From the NCBI RefSeq assembly GCF_000698785.1, contig NZ_CP007536.1, positions 2,040,001-2,072,000 of the forward strand: a stretch of DNA of 32,000 nt, read 5' to 3'. Below, one piece after another: positions 6,660 to 14,717 of the stretch. The notes under the pieces are model-generated. The model searched no databases. It saw nothing but the letters and a program-made list of their open reading frames with translations, and was not told the DNA's origin. The first letter of the stretch is position 1; each line of letters starts with the position of its first letter. The position numbers and the translations under genes were made by a program. Source of the DNA: Nitrososphaera viennensis EN76. Lineage in GTDB: Archaea; Thermoproteota; Nitrososphaeria; Nitrososphaerales; Nitrososphaeraceae.

Positions 6660-7734
6660 CTGGCGTCATTGCCTCCAGCGCTTTTGCAAGCATGATGTTT
6701 TCCCTGTGAGTCTTGACGGCGACGCGGATGTGCCTGCTGTCCATCCCGGTGAAGGTGCTGCAGTCGCGCACAAGCACCCCCGTCTTTTTCAGGAGGCGGT
6801 CGCGAAACTCTGCCGAGTTGTCGCCTTCTGGCAGCTGTATGAGGAAATAGTTTGCATCGGACTTTAGCGGCACGAGCCCTGCCTTCCTTTTGATCCTGTC
6901 GTGCAGGAACCTGCGCTCCCTTGCTACGAGCGCCCTTGCCCTTGCGACGTGGCTCCTGTCTGCAAGCGCCGCGATTCCCGCAGCCTGGGCAAGCCCGTTG
7001 ACGTTCCACGGCGTTTTCCTTGCCTCCATCGCTTCTGCAAGCGCGGGGCTGGAGACGCTGTAGCCAAGCCGCAGGCCGGCCATCCCAAACGACTTTGTCA
7101 GCGACCTTAGCACTACCAGGTTTTCATGGTCGCGCACCATGCACGCAAGCGTGTTTGCTTCAGGTTTGTCGACAAGCTCGATAAAACACTCGTCAAGCAG
7201 GATCTTTGTTGTGGACGGGTCAACGCCTTCAATCACCTTTCTCACCGCGTCGGTTGCAAGCAGGCCGGTCGGGTTGTTCGGGTTGCACATAAAGACCGCG
7301 TCCGCGCCCCTGGCGCTTTTTATGACTGCCTCCGCGTCAAGCACAAAACCCGCAGACAGCGGAACAAACGTCACGTCCGCCCCCGCCTTTTTAGACGCAA
7401 GCTCGTACTCGCAGAACGTGGGTGCCGGGATGACTACGCGCTTTTTTGCAAACGCCCGCGCAAACCAGTAGATTATCTCTGCCGCGCCGTTGCCTACTGT
7501 TATCTGTCTTGTGTCGACGCCAATGTATTTTGATATGCCCTTTTTGAGGTCGCGGCACTCTGGATCAGGATAGACGGGTGCAAGCTGACCCGCCTGCCTC
7601 TCGATGACCTTTACTGCGCCCCTTGGCGCGCCAAGCGGGTTGACGTTTGAGCTAAAGTCTGCCCTGACCTTTTTGTGGTCCGCCACCGAGTAGATGCCGC
7701 CGTGGGAGCAAGCGCCCATCGTTGCCGTCATCAA
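6652..7734 (-). CDS. cobD: L-threonine-O-3-phosphate decarboxylase (Salmonella-type CobD; class I/II PLP aminotransferase fold)
   Basis: HGG near the N-terminus, NPNNPTG and SLTKSFGMAGLRLGY (PLP lysine). It is the first gene of the cobalamin operon. HisC cannot be excluded without a search. The likely start is ATG 7731, one codon after TTG 7734. Confidence 0.8.
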   Translation of the reverse strand: MMTATMGACSHGGIYSVADHKKVRADFSSNVNPLGAPRGAVKVIERQAGQLAPVYPDPECRDLKKGISKYIGVDTRQITVGNGAAEIIYWFARAFAKKRVVIPAPTFCEYELASKKAGADVTFVPLSAGFVLDAEAVIKSARGADAVFMCNPNNPTGLLATDAVRKVIEGVDPSTTKILLDECFIELVDKPEANTLACMVRDHENLVVLRSLTKSFGMAGLRLGYSVSSPALAEAMEARKTPWNVNGLAQAAGIAALADRSHVARARALVARERRFLHDRIKRKAGLVPLKSDANYFLIQLPEGDNSAEFRDRLLKKTGVLVRDCSTFTGMDSRHIRVAVKTHRENIMLAKALEAMTPGG

Positions 7735-7821
7735 GCTCCTTGTGTTATTCTCTGTATTTAGAATGTGCGCCTCTGTTTGGAAAAACGATTATTAGTTGCG
7801 ATACATCTCAAACGCCCGTAT

Positions 7822-8898
7822 ATGCTCAAGGTAGCAGTGATAGGCGCCACCGGCGCTGTGGGCCAGGAATTCATCGTGGCCCTCAACAGGCACAAGTGGT
7901 TCCAGCTTACGCAGGTGGCAGCTTCTGAAAGGTCGGCAGGCAAGAAATACGTCGACGCCCTCCGCGACCCCAGCTCGGGGATACTGAGATGGCACAACCG
8001 CGAGGAAGTGCCCGAGTACGTCAAGAACATGGTGGTCAGCAAGGTCGACGACATCAAGCCGGAGAACTTTGACCTCATATTCACCGCACTAGAGTCTGAC
8101 GACGCCATGGTAATCGAGCCCAAGTTTGCAAAAACCACGCCGGTCATAAGCACCGCCGCGGCATTCCGCTACGAATCAGACGTTCCTATACTCATCCCGG
8201 GCGTAAACGACGACCAGACGGACCTCTTGAAGGCCCAGGGCAAGAACAGGGACTGGAAAGGGTTCGTTGCTCCCCTGCCAAACTGCACCACCACCGGCCT
8301 TGCAATCACGTTAAAGCCGGTTCTTGACAAGTTCGGCATTAACAAGGTGATAATGACCTCGATGCAGGCGCTTTCCGGCGCAGGCAGGTCGCCAGGCGTA
8401 ATCGCGCTTGACATAACCGACAACGTCATCCCCTACATACCAAAGGAAGAGGAAAAGGTGCAGAGAGAGGCGAAAAAGATCCTCGGCAAGTTTGCCAGAA
8501 ACGCAATCACCCCTGCGGATTTCCGCGTCAGCTGCACATGCACCCGCGTCCCTGTCCTTGACGGCCACACGGAAACGGTCTTTGTCGAGACGGCCGAGGC
8601 GGCAGAGCCGGAGGACGTGAAAAAGGAGATGCTGAAATTCTCAAAGAACGTGTCGATAGGCAAGCTCCCGTCCGCACCAAAGGAGTACATCGTGGTTCAC
8701 GATGACCCTACCAGACCGCAGCCAAGGATCGACCGCGAGCTCAACGACGGCATGACGACGGCAGTCGGCAGGCTCCGCAAGGACACTGCCTTTGACAACG
8801 GGATAAAGTATGTGCTCCTGTCCCACAACGAAAAGATGGGCTCTGCCAAGGGCGCCGTCCTGCTCGCAGAACTGCTGAAGGACAAGCAGATCCTCTAG
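7822..8898 (+). CDS. asd: aspartate-semialdehyde dehydrogenase (archaeal type; family also contains acyl-CoA reductase paralogues)
   Basis: MLKVAVIGATGAVGQEF Rossmann N-terminus, catalytic LPNCTTTG, SMQALSGAG and VPVLDGHTE. The track ORF starts at 7765 but ATG 7822 gives the canonical N-terminus. Confidence 0.92.
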   Translation: MLKVAVIGATGAVGQEFIVALNRHKWFQLTQVAASERSAGKKYVDALRDPSSGILRWHNREEVPEYVKNMVVSKVDDIKPENFDLIFTALESDDAMVIEPKFAKTTPVISTAAAFRYESDVPILIPGVNDDQTDLLKAQGKNRDWKGFVAPLPNCTTTGLAITLKPVLDKFGINKVIMTSMQALSGAGRSPGVIALDITDNVIPYIPKEEEKVQREAKKILGKFARNAITPADFRVSCTCTRVPVLDGHTETVFVETAEAAEPEDVKKEMLKFSKNVSIGKLPSAPKEYIVVHDDPTRPQPRIDRELNDGMTTAVGRLRKDTAFDNGIKYVLLSHNEKMGSAKGAVLLAELLKDKQIL

Positions 8899-8901
8899 AG
8901 G

Positions 8902-8911
8902 CTTCTTTTTT
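8902..8911 (+). terminator. oligo-T tract (CTTCTTTTTT) after asd
   Basis: Starts 4 nt after the TAG at 8896-8898. Confidence 0.4.
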
Positions 8912-8927
8912 ATTATTATCATCATTA

Positions 8928-10109
8928 ATGCTTAATAGCGCGTGCGCCAGTTGCCGGTTCGTGCCGGCGCGCGCCTCTTTCTTGCTTTCAGCCATCCTTG
9001 CGACTACTGCTATAGCAACTGGGTTCCCTGGCACTGGGGCGGCGTCAGCGCAGGACTGCGACCTTGTGGATCAGTACGGAAATTGCGTCGATGAATGCGA
9101 CTTTGGCGAATACGAGCTTGACGGCGAATGCCGCCCCGAATGCCCCGAAGGGTACGAGCCAGACGATGTCCTTGGAACATGCGAGCTGGATGACTCTGAC
9201 ACTGGCCAGCAGATAACGGCAACAACAGGCAAGGTGACAATAGACGCCATCGCCGGCGTCCGGGAGGGGCAAACATTTCTGATTTCTGGAAAAGTGCAGG
9301 ACAAATCGGGCCAGGGAATACCTGGCGCCCAGTACAGAATAGTCATTGGAACCAAGGGACACGATGTCATGTCAAAAAGCGGCACGACGCTTGCCGGCGG
9401 CGAATTCTCGCAGGAGTTCAAGGCCCCTGACGTGAACGGCAAGCAGGAATATCTCGTGTACGTCAGCACGCCGTACGGCCTGGGCTCCAGGATATTTGAC
9501 GTAAACGAGTCCGGCTGCCTTATCGCCACCGCGGCTTTTGGAAGCGAGCTTGCCCCGCAGGTGCAGTTCCTGCGTGAATTCCGCGACCAGCGCATACTGT
9601 CGACGGCGGCCGGCTCTAGCTTCATGAGCGCCTTTAACACTGTCTACTACTCGTTCAGCCCGTACGTCGCAGACTATGAGCGGGAGCAGCCGTGGCTCCA
9701 GGCGGCAGTCAGGGCAGGCATCCAGCCGCTGCTTGGCATCCTTGCGGTGTCTGAAAAGGCGTACTCGATAGTCCCCGGCGAGCTTGGCTCTATAGCGGCC
9801 GGCCTTGTGGCAAGCTCGCTCATAGGCGCGGTGTACGCCTCGCCGGTCGCACTTGCCGCGGCAAGGCGGCTTCAAAGGCGCGGGCCGGCCCTCGCTGTTT
9901 CATTGTCTGTTACCGTTGCAATCCTCGTCGCGTCGGTGCTCGCTTCAGCGCTTCTCAACAATGATGCGGCGATGACGGTTACCACGTCCGCGCTTGTCGT
10001 CGCGACGCTAGCGCTGTCCACGCTGGCAGTTGCAAGCAGCGTCTCCCGGCTTGTGCGAAAAAGGGACAAGAATGGGGACGGGGCACTTAAATTACCGCTA
10101 GGCCCGTAA
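8928..10109 (+). CDS. secreted/anchored surface protein: signal peptide, six-Cys acidic repeat, beta-rich domain, CFI-box-like module, hydrophobic Ala/Ser/Val-rich C-terminal helices
   Basis: 393 aa. Signal-like N-terminus ending GAASAQD. Cys pattern DCDLVDQYGNCVDECDFGEYELDGECRPECPEGYEPDDVLGTC. Motif GCLIATAAFGSELAPQVQFLREFRD. Two to three C-terminal TM segments. Confidence 0.8.
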   Translation: MLNSACASCRFVPARASFLLSAILATTAIATGFPGTGAASAQDCDLVDQYGNCVDECDFGEYELDGECRPECPEGYEPDDVLGTCELDDSDTGQQITATTGKVTIDAIAGVREGQTFLISGKVQDKSGQGIPGAQYRIVIGTKGHDVMSKSGTTLAGGEFSQEFKAPDVNGKQEYLVYVSTPYGLGSRIFDVNESGCLIATAAFGSELAPQVQFLREFRDQRILSTAAGSSFMSAFNTVYYSFSPYVADYEREQPWLQAAVRAGIQPLLGILAVSEKAYSIVPGELGSIAAGLVASSLIGAVYASPVALAAARRLQRRGPALAVSLSVTVAILVASVLASALLNNDAAMTVTTSALVVATLALSTLAVASSVSRLVRKRDKNGDGALKLPLGP

Positions 10110-10226
10110 TTTATTGACGTCTTTTCATTACTTGAAGGCTTGTGTAAAATATTGAATTAAAGCACTGTTTGGAGCCATATTATACGTTTATTAACACCCA
10201 GTATCTTAAGATATGCCCGGCTTTCG

Positions 10227-10691
10227 ATGGGGAAAATAGACGATCTAGACGTCAAAATTTTAAGCGAACTTGCCAAGGATGCCAGCATTTCTGTGCCCAA
10301 GCTATCCAAAAAAATCAACATCAACTCGTCCGTCGTGTACAGCAGGATAAAGCGCCTGGTAAAGAAGGGCCTCATAAAGAAATTCACCATAGTGATAAAC
10401 GACGAGGCGCTCGGCTTTAATGTAAAGGCGCTGACGGGCATCAACATGGACTCGAAGCTGCGCGACAACGTCCTCAACGAGCTCTTCAAGATCCCGGAGG
10501 TGCGCGAAGTCTCAGAGGTGACGGGCAGGTTCGATATCCTTGTCACGATGAACGCCCACTCGCTTGACGAGATGCACCAGCTTATCTCTGAAAAGATAGG
10601 CAGGGTCGAGGGGGTGCAAAAGACCGAGACGTTCATCGAGATGCGCAAGACGGTCAGGGAGCTTGCGTACCCGTCCTCGATAGAGAAGTAG
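10227..10691 (+). CDS. Lrp/AsnC-family transcriptional regulator
   Basis: 154 aa. LDVKILSELAKDASISVPKLSKKININSSVVYSRIKRLVKKGLI is the HTH. The C-terminal RAM-type domain reads VSEVTGRFDILV.... Confidence 0.93.
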   Translation: MGKIDDLDVKILSELAKDASISVPKLSKKININSSVVYSRIKRLVKKGLIKKFTIVINDEALGFNVKALTGINMDSKLRDNVLNELFKIPEVREVSEVTGRFDILVTMNAHSLDEMHQLISEKIGRVEGVQKTETFIEMRKTVRELAYPSSIEK

Positions 10692-10761
10692 GGCGCGCGC
10701 ACATCCCAATTTTTAAGATATAAATAACAACGATGCGCCCTCTAGGTCGGATCTCGATCGC

Positions 10762-11667
10762 TTGGACACTGTGAGGCAGGTCTCCGTAGGAAACAAGATC
10801 AAGGATTACTATGAGGTGACCAAGCCCAAGATCTGGTACCTCCTCGTTTTCACGACCTTTGGCGCGGCTCTCACGGCGTCGTTCTACTTTGACCTGCCCA
10901 TAGAGCCGATGACGTGGGTCCTGCTCATCGGAGGCGTCACCGCCGGCTCGGCGGCAGCAGAGACGCTGACAGGATACATCGACCGCGACATTGACGCCAT
11001 GATGGACAGGACAAAGGACAGGCCGATCCCGTCGGGCAGGATATCACCGAAAAACGCCCTTGCGTTTGGGCTGATACTAACTGCGATATCGCTTGTCATG
11101 TCGTGGTTTGTCAACATCTGGGCGTTTTCCCTCATGGCCTTTGGGCTCTTTGACAACGTCATCGTCTACAGCAAGTGGCTTAAGAGGCGCAGCCAGTCAA
11201 ACATCATACTGGGCGGGTTTTCAGGCGGCGCCCCTGCGCTGATAGGCTATGTCGCAGTAACGACTCAAAACATCGAGATAGGGCTTGTCATGGCCGGCCT
11301 AGTGTTCCTCTGGATACCGACCCACATCTGGAGCCTTGCGCTGCACATCAAAAAGGACTACACCAAGGCAGGCGTGCCGATGCTACCGGTGGTGTCAAGC
11401 GAAAAGAGCTCTGTCCGCGTCATTGCCGGGACGACCGTGATGATGGTGGTGTTCAGCCTCGTGCCGTTTCTCTTTGGCGAGTTTGGGATCATCTACCTTG
11501 CGACAGCGGGAGTGTTTGGCGCGGTGATGCTTGCGCTTTCCATGTGGCTCCTTGTCAAGCCGACGGAAAAGGCGTCGTGGACTGTGTTCAAGTTCTCTAG
11601 CCCGTACCTGACGGCGCTCTTCATAGCGTTCATGGTGGACGCCTACTACTTTACGCCGCCTGGCTAG
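10762..11667 (+). CDS. ctaB: protoheme IX farnesyltransferase (heme O synthase, UbiA family)
   Basis: 301 aa polytopic protein with YIDRDIDAMMDRTKDRPIPSGRIS (UbiA Asp-rich motif). TTG start. Confidence 0.9.
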   Translation: MDTVRQVSVGNKIKDYYEVTKPKIWYLLVFTTFGAALTASFYFDLPIEPMTWVLLIGGVTAGSAAAETLTGYIDRDIDAMMDRTKDRPIPSGRISPKNALAFGLILTAISLVMSWFVNIWAFSLMAFGLFDNVIVYSKWLKRRSQSNIILGGFSGGAPALIGYVAVTTQNIEIGLVMAGLVFLWIPTHIWSLALHIKKDYTKAGVPMLPVVSSEKSSVRVIAGTTVMMVVFSLVPFLFGEFGIIYLATAGVFGAVMLALSMWLLVKPTEKASWTVFKFSSPYLTALFIAFMVDAYYFTPPG

Positions 11668-12334
11668 GCTTCTCTCTCTTGTTCTTTTTCTCGCACTCGT
11701 ACAGTATCCTGGCAATTACGACGTGGGCCTCAAGCCCCATGCCCTCGATAGAGTAGGTGCAGTTGAACAATGCCTTTGTGTCGTCGCCAAAGTGGCCCTT
11801 TGGAAAGCCGCCTATCACGAACATGCAACTGTCAACGTAGTTTTTCCTGACTACCTGTTCGGCGCTTGACTGCACGCCTGCCGACGACAGCCCGACCACC
11901 CTGCCCGGCTTGACCTCTTTTATCAGGTCTGCAAGCGTGCCTTTTCTCATCTCCATGAGCACGGCGCCCTCGTCGCTTTTCACGACGCCGTCGCGGAACA
12001 GGCCCTGCATGAGGCCCTCAAAGCGGAAATACGATTTTGGGACGCGCAGGCCGGCTGCCATCGAAATTATCATGTCGCCAAACGTGTGCACGTACACGTC
12101 CAGCTGCCCCTGGATAAAGAGCGGGGTCGAAAGCGCCTCCATGAGCGCAAAATGTACGATGTCGGGTCTGCCGCGCTTCCAGCTGTCAGGCAGGCGCTTC
12201 ATGGCGGCGTGGTGGTAGCTCCTGTCAAGCAGGGTTTCCTGGGCCTTGCGGCCAAGCTTTTTCGCCCTGCTTGACACCGCCGGGTGGCCGGCTATCTCTT
12301 CGGGCACGCATTCAAGGGCCGCCTCTGCTATCAC
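11651..12334 (-). CDS. nep1: rRNA small-subunit pseudouridine methyltransferase Nep1 (Emg1)
   Basis: ALECVPEEI, LLDRSYHHAAM, RGRPDIVH, FRFEGLM and VIGGFPKGHF match Nep1. The only canonical start is GTG 12334. The open frame continues 14 more codons upstream (to 12376) without ATG/GTG/TTG. Confidence 0.88.
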   Translation of the reverse strand: MIAEAALECVPEEIAGHPAVSSRAKKLGRKAQETLLDRSYHHAAMKRLPDSWKRGRPDIVHFALMEALSTPLFIQGQLDVYVHTFGDMIISMAAGLRVPKSYFRFEGLMQGLFRDGVVKSDEGAVLMEMRKGTLADLIKEVKPGRVVGLSSAGVQSSAEQVVRKNYVDSCMFVIGGFPKGHFGDDTKALFNCTYSIEGMGLEAHVVIARILYECEKKNKREKPSQAA

Positions 12335-12343
12335 GAGGATTGT

Positions 12344-12447
12344 CTTGTTGTTGTCGTCCGTGCCTGACGGTTTGCCGCGTGGGCCTTATATTGCAGCTGC
12401 TTTTTATCAGGCGCAGGCGCTAGAGCCCGCACGGACAACAACAACAA
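12344..12447. repeat. inverted repeat (about 19 bp arms, 18/19 match) bracketing the nep1/rnp4 divergent spacer
   Basis: cttgttgttgtcgtccgtgc (12344-12363) versus gcacggacaacaacaacaa (12429-12447). The 65-nt spacer contains a TTATATT box (12386-12392). Confidence 0.6.
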
Positions 12448-12466
12448 AAAGCAGCAGGCTAGAGAA

Positions 12467-12760
12467 ATGGCAAAAGAGCGCATCGAGATCCTGGTAGCAG
12501 GCGCCCTGAAGGAGCAAGATTCCGCTCTTGCCAGCCGCCAGGCAAACCTTGCAAAAAAAATAGCCATGCGCCACCGGGTGCGCATGCCCTATGAGATAAG
12601 GCAGCTGTACTGCAAAAAGTGCAAGGCGTTCATTGTGCCGGGCAGGACAGCCAGGGTGCGGGTGGGCCGGTCGACGGGAGCAACAAAGGCCGTGCGCATA
12701 ACATGCATGCTGTGCGGGCACACGTACCGCAAAATTTTGCGGCGGAATAAGGTTTTATAA
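12467..12760 (+). CDS. rnp4: RNase P protein component 4 (Rpp21/Rpr2)
   Basis: 97 aa. RQANLAKKIAMRHRVRMPYEIRQLYCKKCKAFIVPG...ITCMLCGH is the Rpr2 zinc ribbon. Confidence 0.9.
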   Translation: MAKERIEILVAGALKEQDSALASRQANLAKKIAMRHRVRMPYEIRQLYCKKCKAFIVPGRTARVRVGRSTGATKAVRITCMLCGHTYRKILRRNKVL

Positions 12761-12788
12761 GGGCTGTTGCGACTTTTTCGTTACACAT

Positions 12789-13244
12789 ATGGCCAAGGTT
12801 TACGACGTTCCGGCTGACGAGCTAATCGCCAAGCTGGCCGAGCAGCTGAAGAAGGACAAAAAGATCGAGCCTCCAGCGTGGTCGGCATTTGTCAAGACGG
12901 GCTCGCACGCCGAAAAGATCCCGCAGAACCGGGATTGGTGGTACACTAGGTGCGCTTCTCTTTTGAGAAAGATTTACCTTCACGGTCCGATAGGCGTTTC
13001 AGATCTAAAAGTGGCATACGGCGGGCGCAAGCAGATAGGCTACAACCTCTCGCACCACAAGGACGCGGGCGGCGCCATCATCAGGCACGCCATCCAGCAG
13101 CTCGAAGCCGCTGGATACGTCACAAAACTGCCGGCAAAGGGCAGGGTGGTGACAAGCGAGGGCACGAAAAAGCTCGACAGGCTTGCAACTGAGATCCACA
13201 AAGAGCTGGTCAAGGCAGCCCCGGCGCTCCAGCGCTACGCATAA
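12789..13244 (+). CDS. rps19e: 30S ribosomal protein S19e (eS19)
   Basis: 151 aa. VYDVPADELIAKLAEQLKK...PAWSAFVKTGSHAEKIPQNRDWWYTRCASLLRKIY...GGAIIRHAIQQLE. Confidence 0.95.
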   Translation: MAKVYDVPADELIAKLAEQLKKDKKIEPPAWSAFVKTGSHAEKIPQNRDWWYTRCASLLRKIYLHGPIGVSDLKVAYGGRKQIGYNLSHHKDAGGAIIRHAIQQLEAAGYVTKLPAKGRVVTSEGTKKLDRLATEIHKELVKAAPALQRYA

Positions 13245-13251
13245 GTGAAAA

Positions 13252-13545
13252 ATGTCTGCCCCTCAACCACCACAGCAACCAAACGACGAGGAGATAAGGA
13301 GGCGTGAGGCAGAGGCAGCCGCGATGCGCCAGCGCGTCTTGTATGTTGTTCTGGATCCGCAGGCGCGCCAGCGCCTTACAAACATACGGATGGTCAAGCC
13401 AGAGCTTGCGACCGCCGTTGAAAACTATTTGATAAACGCCGCATCAACGGGCAGGCTCAACCGCGCGCTTTCAGACGACGAGCTGAAGCAGATTCTGGCA
13501 AGCCTGCAGCAGCCAAAGAAGGAATTCAAGTTCGACCGGCGCTAA
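13252..13545 (+). CDS. PDCD5/TFAR19-like dsDNA-binding protein
   Basis: 97 aa. LDPQARQRLTNIRMVKPELATAVENYLI...GRL...LSDDELKQIL, in the conserved archaeal position after rps19e. Confidence 0.88.
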   Translation: MSAPQPPQQPNDEEIRRREAEAAAMRQRVLYVVLDPQARQRLTNIRMVKPELATAVENYLINAASTGRLNRALSDDELKQILASLQQPKKEFKFDRR

Positions 13546-13582
13546 GCATCCGGCAGTTTTCTGCCGGTTGTTATTGAGTTAA

Positions 13583-13590
13583 CTATTTAA
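13583..13590 (+). promoter_or_regulatory. TATA-box-like CTATTTAA upstream of the reductase gene
   Basis: Centred about 33 nt upstream of ATG 13619. This supports ATG 13619 over the track GTG 13592. Confidence 0.45.
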
Positions 13591-13618
13591 GGTGAAAAGC
13601 AGGCTTTGCCCTCTATAT

Positions 13619-14677
13619 ATGAAGGCAGCAGTATTTAGAGAGTACAACAAAGACCCGACGAAGGTTGTCAAGATTGAGGATATCGATGTTCCCAAGATAA
13701 AGCCAAACGAGGTTCTGATAAAGGTAGAATCTGCGTCCTACAACTACAATGACCTGTGGGCCATATGGGGCGAGCCCGTAAAGACCCCGTTGCCGCACAT
13801 TTCCGGAAGCGACGTCGCCGGCACGATTGTAGAGGTGGGCTCGGACGTCCAGAAGCTCAAGGTGGGCGACAGGGTTGCGTCGCACTCTAACATGTCGTGC
13901 AGGGTGTGCGAGGCATGCACCTCCGGCAGGGAATACGACTGCAACGACCGCACCATCTGGGGCTTTCAGACCGGCCCGCTCTGGGGCGGCTTTGCGCAGT
14001 ACACGCGCCTTCCGGAGGTAAACGTGGTCAAGATAGCAGACAACGTCTCGTTTGAAGACGCGGCTGCTGTCTCGATGGTCGGCATGACCTCGTGGCACAT
14101 GCTCGTCGGCAGGGCCAAGATAAAGCCTGGACAGACAGTCCTTATCATGGGCGGCGGTTCCGGCGTCGGCATGGTGGGCATCCAGATTGCAAAGCTGTAC
14201 AACTGCACCGTCATCGCCACCGCAGGCAACAAGGACAAGATGGACAAGTGCCTCGGCCTTGGCGCCGACTATGTGGTGAACCACAGGGAAGCCGACTGGT
14301 ACAAGAAGGTGCGCGCAATCAGCAAGGAGCTGGGCCAGCCCGGCATCGACGTGGTGTTTGAGCACATCGGCAAGTCCACCTTCCCGCAGGAAGTGGGCCT
14401 GCTAAAGATGGGCGGGACGCTCGTGGCGACAGGCGCAACGACAGGCTATGACTCGACAATCGACCTGCGCTACCTGTTCTTCAAGGGCACCAACCTCCTC
14501 GGCTCGACGCAAGGCACCAAGGCGGAGCTTGAAGACGTGATGTACTGGGTCTCAAAGGGCAAGATCAAGCCAGTGATTGATAGCGTGCTTCCGTTCTCTG
14601 ACATGGTCAAGGGTCACGTCATGATGGCAGAGGCGCAGCAGTTCGGCAAGATCCTGACCACGCCGCAAAAGCTCTAA
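13619..14677 (+). CDS. medium-chain dehydrogenase/reductase, crotonyl-CoA carboxylase/reductase- or acryloyl-CoA reductase-like
   Basis: MKAAVFREY start. ISGSDVAGTIVEVG replaces the catalytic GHE. Structural-zinc loop CRVCEACTSGREYDC is retained. IWGFQTGPLWGGFAQY resembles the CCR-type WG(F/Y)E..(F)GG motif. Nucleotide-binding loop IMGGGSGVG. Confidence 0.88.
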   Translation: MKAAVFREYNKDPTKVVKIEDIDVPKIKPNEVLIKVESASYNYNDLWAIWGEPVKTPLPHISGSDVAGTIVEVGSDVQKLKVGDRVASHSNMSCRVCEACTSGREYDCNDRTIWGFQTGPLWGGFAQYTRLPEVNVVKIADNVSFEDAAAVSMVGMTSWHMLVGRAKIKPGQTVLIMGGGSGVGMVGIQIAKLYNCTVIATAGNKDKMDKCLGLGADYVVNHREADWYKKVRAISKELGQPGIDVVFEHIGKSTFPQEVGLLKMGGTLVATGATTGYDSTIDLRYLFFKGTNLLGSTQGTKAELEDVMYWVSKGKIKPVIDSVLPFSDMVKGHVMMAEAQQFGKILTTPQKL

Positions 14678-14717
14678 GGAAAAGGAAACCTTTTTCCCCT
14701 CTTTTTCCCTTTTTGAC

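Noticed and set aside
9071-9640. 189-aa minus-strand ORF (and the 9372-9875 ORF)
   Set aside because: Both are antisense to the surface-protein gene, whose frame carries a signal peptide, a conserved Cys pattern and the CLIATAAFGS module.
10157-10702. 181-aa minus-strand ORF
   Set aside because: It is antisense to the Lrp/AsnC regulator and is a Ser/Ile/Leu-rich shadow ORF.
13613-14365. 250-aa minus-strand ORF
   Set aside because: It is antisense to the MDR/CCR-like reductase, which has clear Rossmann and zinc-loop motifs, and its composition is biased.
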